DNA of 64,000 nt from NCBI RefSeq assembly GCF_018350175.1, contig NC_058368.1:157048001-157112000 (forward strand), read 5' to 3'. Of this stretch, positions 50,708 to 58,730 are shown in pieces (the stretch's first letter is position 1; each line of letters begins with the position of its first letter). The stretch is from Felis catus (Eukaryota). The translations under genes and the position numbers were made by a program. The notes under the pieces were generated by a model. It was not told where the DNA came from. It saw nothing but the letters and a program-made list of their open reading frames with translations, and made no database searches.

Positions 50708-52858
50708 TTTAAAAAAATAAAATAAATAAAAGTGAACTTGTTAAAAACATTCCTTAAGCTGAAGTACATATCCACCTAAGTTTTCTTTTCTGCAGAGTTT
50801 TATTTCATGATATCTTTTATAGGAAAAGTCTGAAAATAAAATGGAAGAGAAATTACTGAAGCTTTCAAGCAAATTAGAGAATTTCGTTAACACAGAGAAA
50901 CAGGAAGCAGAACTAAGTACAGTAAAGCATATAGAAAATAAACTGTCCAAAAAGATGAACCAACTGGAAAAGCACATCTGGGGTGAATTAGAGAAAATTC
51001 AGACTGAATATCAATCAGGTGAGCAGACACCTTTGATTAAGAACACTAGCTCTTGCTTATCCAATTCCTCAGAGTTGTCTACTTGGAGCTCATGGCCATG
51101 GATCAGTCTTGTCAGTATTGATATCCTTCCGTATTTAATCTCACTTTTCTCAATATCCCATAGAATGTCAGCATGCCATTGGAAGGTTGATAAACAAGTT
51201 CACATTCTTCATTCAGACTGGGCAGTGTCACAAGCTTGCCAACACTGTGAGGTTGTTTTTGTTTGTTTTGTTTTTTGTTTTTTTACGGAGATCATAGAAT
51301 CATAGAATTGTTAGACTTGGAACGTCCTTGAGATCAAGACCTGACTTGTGGTATGTCATGAAATCAGGACTTGAAATCAAATGCCCCTCATTGAACTGCA
51401 GGTAATGAGCCTGGACGGATGTCAGACTAGAGACCTGACCTTTACAAGTGAGAGAGAGAGATGAATTAACAGAGTCCGGTATAATGACTGCTTTTCTTCT
51501 TAAGGAGGCTAATGGCAGCAGTGTCAAGCTGAGCTAACATCAAAGAGGATTAATTTGAAAGGCTCATCTAATTTGTCAAAGGGAAGGACATGGGATAGGA
51601 GCTGGGGAGCAGCCATCTGCCTCCAGTCACAATTCTGAGCAAATTACCAGAACCAGAGGTTCCTTTATTAAAGGAAGTCCCAACTCATTTTCCGTCTTCT
51701 AGTTCTCAGAAAAATGCCTGCAAATTCTCTCAAATGTTGATCCTGTACAGAGATGCCTTGAAGGTGTCTTGGGAAGATATTATGGTCTCATTCTCCCCGA
51801 TGCTCGATGCTCGTAGCATATAAGTAAAATTTGCTGCCTGGAAATCTGACCCACACTGCCCCTATCCCCATCTCCCATTGTCAAACCAAAATAATGAATT
51901 ATCTGGTCAGGAATCACATTCCAAACTTAACTGGCCCTTGTTTTAGGTCCCTGCTTTCTACTTAAATACCAGAGGTTTCATTATATTCATCCCATTAGTA
52001 TAACCCCAGGATGAGCCAAAGAGGAATTTGCATTCTGCTTTTTTTCTGCATTTTACTAACTGGAAGTTCTAGCAAAGGGGAATTTCAAATTAATGGTGTG
52101 CTCTTTTATGCCTTTCATAAAAATGTGTTGAGAAATGACTATTTGAAAGGCCCAGTGAATAAGAAATGGGCTGTACCCTAAGAAGCTTGCAGTCTGGTGG
52201 GTCTGTGGTCATGAGTGACTAGACCTGCATAAAAGAGAAGGTGCTGGTGGTGGGGGGTGCAGGGGGAACAGCTGGTGGCCACTCCTTAGGTCCCTCAACA
52301 GGTCACTTTCTGAGAAGTTTTTAAATCTCACCTGTGTTCTTTGTCTTCAATTTGGTAACAAGGATTAAAAAAGAGATCATCCAAATCTCTTATTAAAGCA
52401 TACAGAGAGCAGAAAATATTTTAAATTTGTCTCTTGAAATATAGAATTATTTAGTTATGCAATATATTTGGGTAAGGAGAAGGAGAGGAATTGAATTAAA
52501 TTTTCCCGATGAAGCCAGATACAAGCGGAAACACTATCGCTAATATATCTTCATGACATAGAAGAAATGGGTTATTGTACATTTTTACACTGGTCTTAAT
52601 GGAATTTAATATGCTTTAAATGATGATCAATTATGGCAGAAGCGCTCATTAGCAACTTTTGTTTAAAAAAAAATTCCAATGCATTGTTTAATTTCAGTAT
52701 ACCTTTTCTCATATCCTCTTCCAGGATTTAAATCAATTCATGACTCTCTCAGCTCCCTCCAACAAATACAGAAAACAAAGATGGATTTAGAGAAATATAA
52801 AGTACGGAAAGACCTAAAGAAATTACAGCGTAAGATAGTGGAACTCCAGGAAGTATAA
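1984..52858 (+). CDS. FAM81B: FAM81B (family with sequence similarity 81 member B), coiled-coil protein; spliced CDS, 5'-incomplete in this window
   Basis: Eight exons (65+244+119+130+107+136+196+134 = 1131 nt) join in frame with GT-AG introns, giving VRLSPATMSAKNSTDLVEYVD...LEDRLNTQERTIAFLLEQAFRIKE...GDLRGRVARCDSSIVKLSGDI...KKLQRKIVELQEV*. This matches my recollection of mammalian FAM81B. Confidence 0.95.
5135..5700 (-). mobile_element. L2 LINE 3' fragment
   Basis: attcacttaacaaatacttactgagcatttattatgtgctgggc...ccctgccctcacggg is the typical antisense L2 3' end. Confidence 0.65.
6110..6295 (-). mobile_element. MIR SINE
   Basis: tcatttaatcctctcaataaccct...tttgtccaagtgcaca core-like sequence. 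Confidence 0.6.
6332..6370. repeat. (CA)n microsatellite
   Basis: Visible run. Confidence 0.95.
7112..7313 (+). mobile_element. Can-SINE (felid SINEC), host of a nested SINE
   Basis: ggggcacctgagtggcacagtctgttaag head, CT-rich body, AAAT tail; flanking aatgaca(c/t)gt duplication at 7100 and 7568. Confidence 0.9.
7314..7533 (-). mobile_element. Young SINEC_Fc-type SINE nested in the tail of the previous SINE
   Basis: Ends ccacccaggcgcccc; TSD aaaaataaataaataaactt at 7294-7313 and 7534-7553. Confidence 0.92.
7671..8132. mobile_element. MaLR solo LTR (MLT1-like)
   Basis: tgtattagtttcctagggct...ggggatacaattcagccc, typical MLT1 termini. Confidence 0.8.
9760..10004 (-). mobile_element. Can-SINE with internal (CA)n/(GA)n expansions
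   Basis: SINE head ...acccaggcacccc and T-rich tail. Confidence 0.9.
10900..11095. mobile_element. MER5-like hAT-Charlie DNA transposon (degenerate)
   Basis: tagaatcatct...aggaatctgcattgtaac...gagaaaccctg. Confidence 0.5.
11208..11697. mobile_element. Ancient MaLR LTR (MLT1J/K/L-like)
   Basis: ccctcatggtcacaagatggct...ccagacatcaca motifs. Confidence 0.5.
12000..12046. repeat. (TA)n microsatellite
   Basis: Visible run. Confidence 0.95.
12322..12900 (-). mobile_element. L2 LINE fragment
   Basis: tcagtcagtcaataaacatttactgatgacctactatgtgtcaggcact L2 3' end. Confidence 0.7.
13953..14347. mobile_element. ERVL-class solo LTR (LTR16/LTR33-like)
   Basis: tgtggttgggttgcccaggaaacaggctctgagacagagatt...gagtgctctgggg start typical of this LTR group. 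Confidence 0.55.
15139..15382 (+). CDS. FAM81B: FAM81B coding exon (244 nt, phase 2 to 0)
   Basis: ctgactag|GGGTCAT...ATTGAG|gtaatt; GHSFLPVIPNTQRRQLEDRL...KKLSQNIE; overlaps ORF 15158-15421. Confidence 0.95.
15715..16298 (+). mobile_element. L2 LINE fragment with TA/TG microsatellite
   Basis: cagggccttggcactt...ends gaatgaatg. Confidence 0.6.
17123..17296 (-). mobile_element. Can-SINE (internally shortened)
   Basis: Head gccacccaggcacccc; flanking tagaaatct duplication. Confidence 0.85.
18415..18632 (-). mobile_element. SINEC_Fc-type SINE
   Basis: Complete element; TSD ctcgttttcacttttt. Confidence 0.92.
18785..18987. mobile_element. MER63-like hAT DNA transposon
   Basis: atttccatggtgttaata...gatttcaa...gggaaaagatacgcaca motifs. 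Confidence 0.5.
19388..19606 (-). mobile_element. Can-SINE
   Basis: Complete; flanking gcacatt(c/t)c duplication. Confidence 0.9.
19784..20110. mobile_element. MaLR solo LTR (MLT1A/B-like)
   Basis: tgctatggtctgaat...ccaaaattcatatgttgaa...ggactgagaca (TG...CA). Confidence 0.8.
20915..21230 (-). mobile_element. MER102-like hAT-Charlie element
   Basis: taaaatctagatttctggctt...tcactcattta...ttgcaacctctg. Confidence 0.6.
21296..21414 (+). CDS. FAM81B: FAM81B coding exon (119 nt, phase 0 to 2)
   Basis: ttacag|ATTTTAGAA...GTAGCCAG|gtgaga; ILEHQIRARDQAATGTNFAVQELNTRHLQGVGDLRGRVA(R). Confidence 0.95.
22135..22860 (-). mobile_element. L2 LINE fragment
   Basis: cattcaattcaacaac...tgccaggcagtgtactgg...ggaagtcttcctggaggaggtgac. 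Confidence 0.65.
22914..22948. repeat. (CA)n microsatellite
   Basis: Visible run. Confidence 0.95.
23361..25062 (-). mobile_element. L1 (L1MA-like), internally deleted: 3' UTR and ORF2 end joined to the 5' end; contains (TG)n and a SINE
   Basis: T-rich tail at 23361; L1MA-type 3' UTR (aatgattactacagtcaagctaattaaca); ORF2 C-terminal peptide HTPMFTVAIFTIAKIWKQPK on - strand; L1 5'-end-like block about 24655-25060; cttcaatt on both flanks. Confidence 0.75.
24362..24632 (-). mobile_element. Can-SINE with (AAAGAG)n expansion, inserted in L1
   Basis: Head gccacccaggcacccc; hexamer run about 24400-24460. Confidence 0.9.
25908..26107 (-). mobile_element. Can-SINE (first of tandem pair)
   Basis: Complete; TSD aaaaattccatcttt. 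Confidence 0.92.
26124..26335 (-). mobile_element. Young SINEC_Fc-type SINE (second of tandem pair)
   Basis: Complete; TSD taaaaattccatcttt. Confidence 0.92.
27479..28122 (-). mobile_element. Endogenous retrovirus solo LTR (probably class II/ERVK-like)
   Basis: TG...CA termini (minus strand TGTGGGAATT...CTACGACA), 644 bp, flanks gtttgt/gtttat, minus-strand AATAAA at 27611-27616, internal 14-bp direct repeat. Confidence 0.65.
28378..28626 (-). mobile_element. SINEC_Fc-type SINE with (ATTT)n tail
   Basis: Complete; TSD aaaataattattt. Confidence 0.92.
28921..29132 (+). mobile_element. Can-SINE (diverged)
   Basis: ggggcccctgggcagatcagttgg head, CT-rich body, AAAC tail. Confidence 0.8.
29255..29665 (-). 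mobile_element. MIR SINE, apparently interrupted by a short MER91-like DNA element (about 29370-29518)
   Basis: ggagaactgaagctc...cccagatcacaaagctag...ccagattcaaa MIR core. Confidence 0.5.
31063..31192 (+). CDS. FAM81B: FAM81B coding exon (130 nt, phase 2 to 0)
   Basis: ccactag|ATGTGAC...ATGAAG|gtaacc; CDSSIVKLSGDIQFIRHEHRKIEKTIQNFMSALETVSKNLDMK. Confidence 0.95.
32627..32815 (+). mobile_element. Can-SINE
   Basis: ggggtgcctgggtggctcagtcagttaag head. Confidence 0.9.
32883..33108 (+). mobile_element. Young SINEC_Fc-type SINE
   Basis: CpG-rich complete element; perfect 17-bp TSD aaggtaatacagatgat (32866-32882, 33109-33125). Confidence 0.95.
33850..34082 (-). mobile_element. Can-SINE with (ATTT)n tail
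   Basis: Head gagccacacaggcacccc; flanking ttcacttagccttt duplication. Confidence 0.88.
34341..34505 (+). mobile_element. Can-SINE (diverged)
   Basis: ggggtgctgggtggct...gagctgcttgggattctctc. Confidence 0.8.
35150..35397 (-). mobile_element. SINEC_Fc-type SINE
   Basis: Complete; flanking atttttttcactttc duplication. Confidence 0.92.
37143..37716. mobile_element. MaLR solo LTR (MLT1D/E-like)
   Basis: tatattagtttgctattgctgccataacaaatgaccac...ccacctatcaca. Confidence 0.8.
37970..38342. mobile_element. ERVL-class LTR (LTR16/LTR33-like)
   Basis: tgtgttagtcctttgagaagcaaatgcca...agagatttact. Confidence 0.45.
38890..39158 (-). mobile_element. Can-SINE with GA expansion
   Basis: Head gagccacccaggcgcccc. 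Confidence 0.9.
39373..39546 (+). mobile_element. 5'-truncated carnivore L1 3' end
   Basis: ggcattaaagagggcacttgttgggatgagca...gatgaatcact; A-rich tail; 13-bp TSD aacttagattttg (39360-39372, 39547-39559). Confidence 0.85.
40318..40424 (+). CDS. FAM81B: FAM81B coding exon (107 nt, phase 0 to 2)
   Basis: ctttcattag|GTAATGCAG...TTCAA|gtaagt; VMQLLGKIEASGSEQTSNLKMVQGDYRHEMNLLEF(K). Confidence 0.93.
40610..40777 (+). mobile_element. 5'-truncated carnivore L1 3' end
   Basis: gggattaagaagggcacttgtaatgagcactggg...tgtacacctgaaactaat. Confidence 0.8.
41721..41940 (+). mobile_element. Can-SINE (first of head-to-tail pair)
   Basis: gggcacctaagtggctcagttgg head. Confidence 0.9.
41945..42170 (+). mobile_element. 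Can-SINE (second of head-to-tail pair)
   Basis: ggggcgcctgggtggctcagttgg head directly after the previous tail. Confidence 0.9.
42380..42965 (-). mobile_element. Old L1 (L1ME-like) 3' fragment
   Basis: cactcccaccagcaatatatgaga...ttctgtgaattacccattc. Confidence 0.55.
43860..44060 (-). mobile_element. MIR SINE
   Basis: ccccattttaatgatgaggaaac...tttgcccaaagtcaca. Confidence 0.6.
44590..44796 (-). mobile_element. Can-SINE
   Basis: Head gccacccaggcaccc. Confidence 0.9.
45485..45600. repeat. Perfect 57-bp tandem duplication
   Basis: cagctctagtaaagggtattaaatgagaaacaatgaatcatttattcaacaactatt at 45485-45541 and 45542-45598. Confidence 0.95.
45578..46125 (-). mobile_element. L2 fragment interrupted by a Can-SINE
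   Basis: tcatttattcaacaactatt...ttcatggagcttagattctagt. Confidence 0.6.
45819..46010 (+). mobile_element. Can-SINE
   Basis: ggggcgcctgggcggctcagtcag head. Confidence 0.88.
46427..46826 (-). mobile_element. MER20 hAT-Charlie element interrupted by a SINE
   Basis: ctgtgcattgtaggatgtttagca...gttgtgacaaccaaaaatgtctc. Confidence 0.75.
46581..46791 (+). mobile_element. SINEC_Fc-type SINE
   Basis: Complete; TSD aaaaatgtctc. Confidence 0.93.
47720..48010. mobile_element. MER58-like hAT-Charlie element
   Basis: gagaccatatggcgcacaaagcctaaaatatttactat...agtttgctgacccct. Confidence 0.7.
48379..48514 (+). CDS. FAM81B: FAM81B coding exon (136 nt, phase 2 to 0)
   Basis: ccccttag|ATTTAAT...AAGCTG|gtaagt; FNSVSNNLYEAVENHQKWTEKQFLNYEKDHLGHLNQCLKLLQEKL. 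Confidence 0.93.
48721..48748. repeat. T28 homopolymer
   Basis: Visible run. Confidence 0.95.
49424..49635 (+). mobile_element. Can-SINE
   Basis: Complete; TSD aaaaataggagg. Confidence 0.92.
49745..49920. mobile_element. MER5-like hAT-Charlie element
   Basis: ttagaatcacctggagag...accaattaaatcag...aagaatcact. Confidence 0.6.
50019..50250 (+). mobile_element. Can-SINE
   Basis: ggcgcctgggtggctcagtcag head; flanking taaaatgcct duplication. Confidence 0.9.
50482..50730 (+). mobile_element. Can-SINE with (AAT)n tail, about 90 nt upstream of the 50823 exon
   Basis: Complete element; (aat)n about 50667-50703. Confidence 0.92.
50823..51018 (+). CDS. FAM81B: FAM81B coding exon (196 nt, phase 0 to 1)
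   Basis: cttttatag|GAAAAGTCT...CAATCAG|gtgagc; EKSENKMEEKLLKLSSKLENF...EKIQTEYQS(G); overlaps ORF 50841-51305. Confidence 0.95.
52725..52858 (+). CDS. FAM81B: FAM81B terminal coding exon (to TAA)
   Basis: ctcttccag|GATTTAAA...GAAGTATAA; FKSIHDSLSSLQQIQKTKMDLEKYKVRKDLKKLQRKIVELQEV*. Confidence 0.95.
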
Positions 52859-53005
52859 AACTTTTCTGTCCTCTTTTTCACCAGCCAATATAGTGATTTG
52901 CTGGCAAAAGTTGGGAAGAAGTTAGTATCTCTGGGATGTTGACTGCTTCTTATACCTCTGTATTTCTTATCACCTTTTTCAGGAAATGAATGTGCCAGAA
53001 AACCC

Positions 53006-53011
53006 AATAAA
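53006..53011 (+). terminator. Probable FAM81B polyadenylation signal (AATAAA)
   Basis: First AATAAA after the stop, about 150 nt downstream. Confidence 0.7.
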
Positions 53012-53094
53012 GCAGAGAAGTTTATGATGTCTTCACTAATTTAATAATGAAAAAGTTAAGGAATTTTTTACATACATGCCTTTTCATATTTTTA

Positions 53095-53650
53095 TTTGCC
53101 TATAGAAAAGAGCATTCAACAAAATGTACATATACAAGTGAAATGGGACTGGTGTAAACATAAAACGAGGGCAGGAACTGTGGCAAATTGGACCACTTAC
53201 CCTGTCTACAAAGGAATAGCCACCATGCAGTCCTGGTTCATCATTAATATGCATATAATCCATTGGTGCCAAGATTTCATTTTTCAAGAGAAACTAGAAA
53301 TCTGGTTTTATTTATTTATTTTTTTTAACATTTTATTTATTTTTGAGACAGGGAGAGACAGAGCATGAACGGGGAAGGGTCAGAGAGAGGGAGACACAGA
53401 ATCCGAACAGGCTCCAGGCTCTGAGCTGTCAGCACAGAGCCCGACGCGGGGCTCAAACTCACGGACCGTGAGATCATGACCTGAGATGAAGTCGGCCGCT
53501 TAACCAACTGAGCCACCCAGGCGCCCCTAGAAATCTGGTTTTATATGAAGCCATTTATAAGCATTAGCAACTAGTTCAAATGGTTCTTACACTAGGAGGG
53601 AATATCTGCGGGATAGATACAACTAGCAGGCTATCAAATTACAACTTCGA
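53095..53650 (+). mobile_element. MER102-like hAT-Charlie element interrupted by a SINE
   Basis: ggaactgtggcaaattgga...atttttcaagagaaactagaaatctggtttt. Confidence 0.65.
53306..53527 (-). mobile_element. SINEC_Fc-type SINE
   Basis: Complete; TSD tagaaatctggtttta. Confidence 0.93.
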
Positions 53651-54010
53651 ATCCAGAGATTCTTGTCTTCTAACAATCCCAATATTTATAGCAAGTCTAA
53701 CTTATTCATATTTAAATGATTGATTCATTGTACTCAAGATGTATCAGAAATATGAGCAAGTAAGACCTAACTATGCAAAATAAGAAAATACACCAGTTTC
53801 CATGAAAAATCATCCAACATAATTTGATCTAGGTGCTAAATTCGGGAGTACTTCAAAAACACAAATTAGTTTCCTATAAAATTAAAATATTTCTAATTTT
53901 TCTAGACATACATGTTAAATGTAGAGTCTAGTATTAGGCAATAAAATCATTAAAGGTAAAAATAAGCTATTCATGTCATATACTGTCTGCTGGAAACAAA
54001 GACTATTTCC

Positions 54011-54214
54011 TTTTTTTAAAAGTTTATTTATTTATTTTGAGAGAAAGAGCGCATGTACAAGCAGGGAGGGGCAGAGAGAGAGAGGGAAAGAGAGAACCCC
54101 AAGCAGACTCCACACTGTCAACACGGAGCCTAATGAGGGGCTCTAGCTCATAAAATCATGAGCTGAGCCGAAATCCAGTCAGATACTTAACCGACTGAGC
54201 GCCCAGATACCCCC
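54011..54214 (-). mobile_element. Can-SINE
   Basis: Diverged head; flanking aaagacta duplication. Confidence 0.85.
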
Positions 54215-55034
54215 AAAGACTAATTCTTAATCACAGAGCTTTCTGTAAATCTGGTAAGAGGACCCTTGCTTCAGACTTAGTCTCCTGCCTTGATTTAGGG
54301 AGAAGTGATAACTTTTCCCCTAAGAAAGTACAAACATACCTTCCAAATAAAATTTTGACCAGTGCCCACCTAATTTTTTAGTTACATGAAACATCTCCAT
54401 TTATTTTTATTAATTTACACAAAGCATCGTGGACTATATTTCACGGGATTTTCATAGCAGAATTTAAGAGTTTAAAATGCAATAGCAAGTATTCTTTGCA
54501 AACAAGTGTCATGCTAAGACATAGGGTCAATACCTCAAGTAATACTAATTAATTCTTATAAATTGATAAGAAAATAATAATAGTGAACAGGCAAGTCACA
54601 GAAGAATACAATACTAAATGAAGATACGAAAAGACATTCAACCTATTAAATACAAGTTAAAGGAACCATTTTCATATTGTCATAAATTAAAACACTTGAT
54701 AATATTGGTTGGCAAGGCTATTGAGAAATGTGCACTCCTATATTATGGGTTAGTCTGTAAATTGGTAGAGTGACTAACAGGGCAATTTGGAAACATCTAT
54801 TAACATTTTAAAATGTATTTATCTTTTGACCCTGAAACTTTAGTATTAGAAATTTATTTTGGAATAAAAAACCTTCCAAAATATGCAAAGATGTATGACC
54901 AAGGATGCTCATTACAGCACCATTTGTTATAGTAAAACAAAGTGAAAACAACACAAATATTAGGAATTGCCTGACTAAATTAATGATATCACCGATAAAA
55001 ATGTTATCCAACCCTTAAAAAGAACACAAAAAGA

Positions 55035-55255
55035 GGGGTGCCTAGATGGCTCAGTTGGTTAATTGTCTGACTTTGGATCAGGTCGTGATCTCGCAGTTCA
55101 TGGTTTGAGTCCCACTTGGGGCTCGGTGCTGACAGCTCAGAGCCTGGAGCCTGCTTAGGATTCTGTGTGTGTCTCTCTCTCTGCCCCTCCCCCACTTGTG
55201 TTCTGTCTCTGTGTCTCTTTCTCTCAAGGATAAATAAACATTAAAAAAAAAAAAA
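55035..55255 (+). mobile_element. Can-SINE
   Basis: TSD aaaaagaacacaaaaaga. Confidence 0.92.
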
Positions 55256-55349
55256 GAACACAAAAAGATATCCAAGATTCACTGTTAGGCAAAAAAGTAA
55301 CTTGAAAAGCAATATGGGTATGATCCCACTTATGTCAAAAAATATTTTT

Positions 55350-55570
55350 AGGGACACCTGGGTCACTCGGTTGGATGTCCAACTTCAGTTCGGGTCATGG
55401 TCTTGCAGTTTTTGGGTTCGGCCTGCATCAGGCTCTCTGCTATCAGCACAGAGCCTGCTTGGGATCCTCTGTTCTCTTCTCTCTCTGCCCCTACCCTGCT
55501 TGGCTCTCTCTCTCTCTCTCTCTCTTTCTCAAAAATAAATAAGCATTTAAAAATATATATGTTTTTAAAT
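55350..55570 (+). mobile_element. Can-SINE (diverged)
   Basis: gggacacctgggtcactcggttgg head. Confidence 0.85.
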
Positions 55571-56129
55571 ATGTTAAACAGAATATGCATACTCTCTATG
55601 ATGCAAAAATGTAGGAATTTACAACAAACTTAGCCATGAATGAATTATGAAGAACTTTGCTTTCTACATAAGAATTTATTAATGTTTTACATTAATGTTT
55701 CCAGTAAAAATATATTTTAAAAACATTCACCACAACAAATACACTACTAGATTGAAAGAGTAATTCTTTCTAGTGAACAAAATAAGTGATTGTAGGAAGG
55801 GTTAAATTAGGAATCCAGACAGCCAAGTCATCTCACTCATACCCATTTTTACTCTACAGTTTTTTTTTCCTTGTGAGCAAAAATGCTCTAAATTGAAGTT
55901 GAAATCATAGCTACACTATTATTGTAACGATCCTATAATCAAGCCAAAGGGTTTTCAGAATGGATCTCTCTCACTGGTGGCGACAGGGTAGTACCATGTA
56001 GAAATGAATGCAATGCAAGAGGATAGGAGGGGAATCAAGAGGTCTTCTGCAGTATTCTTGCTTGGAATCCCAAGCTGAGGTGTTCACAGGTGTACATAGA
56101 TGCTAGATAACCTGAGAGCTATGCCTAGT

Positions 56130-56794
56130 GAGAAGGTGGATCCAGGTTTTGTAGGGCTTAAAGCTTATACAGTTTTGATTTACTATTAATGCCCCATCCT
56201 GATGAATTGGCACACAAGTCTGTAGGAATATTCCTGAAAGCCATGGCTACCTCAGAGCAGCCGCAACTTACCTCCCTACAGAAGTGACTATGGGGGCGCC
56301 TGGGTGGCGCAGTCGGTTAAGCGTCCGACTTCAGCAAGGTCACGATCTCGCGGTGCGTGGTTCGAGCCCCGCGTCCGGCTCTGGGCTGATGGCTCAGAGC
56401 CTGGAGCCTGTTTCCGATTCTATGTCTCCCTCTCTCTCTGCCCCTCGCCCGTTCATGCTCTGTCTCTCTGTCCCAAAAATAAACGTTGAAAAAAAAAATT
56501 AAAAAAAAAAAAAAAAGAAGTGACCATGAACAACAGAAACATATCCCTCTAATCCAATGTTTCCCCAACTCAACTTCTCTTTTGCTGGATCCAGACATGC
56601 CCATAGCCCCTCCCGGGGTACCTGACGTCAAGGGAAGGGGGAGTTGAGATGATGATCTTAATCACCGGCCTTATCGTAGTTACAGTGTCTCATTTCTTCG
56701 TATTTTACACCAACCTCGTAAACACATTTTTAGGTCTAAGTAAGGGAGGCACCCTGGAACTTAAGGGCCACCGTTTTCAACAAATTCACCTCTG
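56130..56794 (+). mobile_element. MER53-related hAT element (long form) interrupted by a SINE
   Basis: 5' ggatccaggttttgtagggcttaaagcttataca and 3' ccctggaacttaag...aaattcacctctg resemble the MER53 ends. Confidence 0.5.
56293..56515 (+). mobile_element. SINEC_Fc-type SINE
   Basis: Complete; TSD agaagtgac(t/c)atg. Confidence 0.93.
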
Positions 56795-57581
56795 CTCCGG
56801 GAGCAGTGGAACCCTGGGCCTCTTTCCCTTTGCATCTATTTTGCCACGGATCCACGAAGATGACAAGGACAAACAATCCCCCTAGAGAACCTCAGCATAC
56901 ACTTTATTCTCTGTCAAGCAGCAACACTTAATCCCTTGGGAAATGTCAGACTTCTCTCCCACATATACAGGAGAATGTTTGAACATCACAGAGTCTGCAA
57001 TCCAGATCCACCCTGTGGACCTGGGGCATATGTTAAGTTATCTCTGAGAGTTCTCAATTTAGACCCAAACACCACCTAAACAGGTTTGGATAGCCCAAGG
57101 GTCCTGCTGCCTCCCAGTGTTTCCTGCCATTTCCTTCCTCTTGTGCAACCTGCTTTTAGGGGTAAAAATCATATGAAATTATTTACACTGAGGACTAAAT
57201 GGTAATGTTCCAAGTACTTTGCTTCCCTGCTAAAGATGAAGGACAAATGCCTCACCTTATGCTACATGGGTTAACACCTTCTCAGCCCCACAGTGGGGGG
57301 ACATGCTCACCACCTGATAGGCAGGAGAGCAATAAGGCCCTAGGTAAAAAAAAAAAAAAAAAATCCCCAGAGTTCACTGGACATTAGCAGCTTCCCCATC
57401 TTCTACAGAAACTTACCAAATGTCTTCTCACTTCTATCGGTATGATAGCAGCAAGTAACACCCAAAAACATCAAGGGAAAACTATAATATATACACGTGC
57501 ATACATATCTGTGTTTTTACCTTTGGAAGGTAAGGATCTCCAAACCCATGTGAGATACTACTTTTTACATCTTTGCGGTCT

Positions 57582-58730
57582 CCATTCATTCATGTGCTAG
57601 GCACTGGGGATACCATGTTGAGTAAACTAAACATGGATCCTGCTCTTAGAGAACTTATGATCTAGTGGAAAAGACCAATAATTAAACTTTCCAATACATG
57701 GGCAAGGAAAGGGTGTGATGGAGCACCTGAAAGAGGCATTTAGGAAAACTTGGGGAATCAGGCAGAGGGATCTTCCAGAAGAAAGGATATCTAAACTGAG
57801 GCATCTGTAGTATAAGCAGACGTTAGCCTAGGGAAAGGGGGATAATTGGTAGAGATGGGGGCTCAGGGAGATAGAGCAGCCTGGGCACACACCTGGAGGC
57901 CAAGAGACTAGAACACGGCAGGAACTGCAAGATACAGTGTATGTGGTGGGAGGTGGGAGAGAAGGTTTGAGGATGTACATAATGAAAAGGAAGACTGGAG
58001 AGATTAGGGGGAGTAGGGTGTCTGATCACAGAGGACTTTATAACTCGTGTTGAGGAACTTGGGCTTGATCTTCGGGGTCCAGAATAGCTTTGAAGGATTT
58101 TAATGTTGTTGTTTTTAAGTTTATTTATTTTGAGAAAACAGTGTGTGAGAGGGTAGTGAGAGAGAGAGAGACATGGAGAGAAAATCCCAAGCAGGCTGCA
58201 TGCAGTCAGCACAGAGCCGAATGTGGGGCCAAACTCATGAACCATGAGATCGTGACCTGAGCTGAAATAAGTCAGACGCTCAACTGACCGAGCCACCCAG
58301 GTGCCCCTGAAGGATTTTGAATAGGCAAGTGACTTTATCAGATTTGCGTTTTAGAGAGATCCCCCTGGCTGTAGTGTGGAGAATAGATTACAGATACAGT
58401 GTGAGAAGCAAATCTGGATGGGAAAGGGGGGAGATAAAGGAGAAGAGTGGAGATAATTAGCTCAGGTTTAAACTAATTGATTTTGAAGTATCTATGGGAT
58501 GTCCAGGTGGAGGTATCCAGTGGCGAGTGAGAGAGATGACCTGGAGCATGAGAGAGATCTAAACTGAAGCTCTGGCATGGAAATAGTCATTGGACTTCAC
58601 GGGTGAGGGAGGAAGAGACAGCCTGGAGTTGGGACGGGGGGAGTGGAGGACATGAAGCGTTCAGTGAGAAACAGAGACCAGGGGAAACCCTTGAGGACAC
58701 CTAACACTGAGGGGACAGGCAGAGGAGGAA
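57582..58730 (-). mobile_element. L2 LINE fragment interrupted by a SINE
   Basis: cattcattcatgtgctaggcactgggga...tttgcgttttagagagatccccctggctgtagtgtggagaatag. Confidence 0.7.
58105..58307 (-). mobile_element. Can-SINE
   Basis: TSD tgaaggatttt. Confidence 0.9.

Larger units (their letters stand above)
54530..55660 (+). mobile_element. Old L1 (L1ME-like) 3' fragment with two SINE insertions
   Basis: gtaaattggtag...ggcaatttgg...ttttgaccctg...agcaccatttgttatagtaaaa. Confidence 0.6.

Noticed and set aside
15383..51305. Intronic extensions of ORFs 15158-15421, 30929-31267 and 50841-51305
   Set aside because: Only the parts between canonical splice sites look like FAM81B; the extensions are intron read-through.
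52844..52858. C-terminal PDZ-binding motif (LQEV)
   Set aside because: The -2 residue is Gln, which fits none of the classical class I-III motifs.
7123..58296. Many similar short ORFs (MAQSVKRPTSAQVMIS..., ERERE, LSLSLS, CVCVCV)
   Set aside because: Translations of Can-SINEs and microsatellites, not a gene family.
7112..58307. tRNA genes suggested by A-box/B-box motifs
   Set aside because: These are the tRNA-derived heads of Can-SINEs, with CT-rich bodies, A tails and TSDs.
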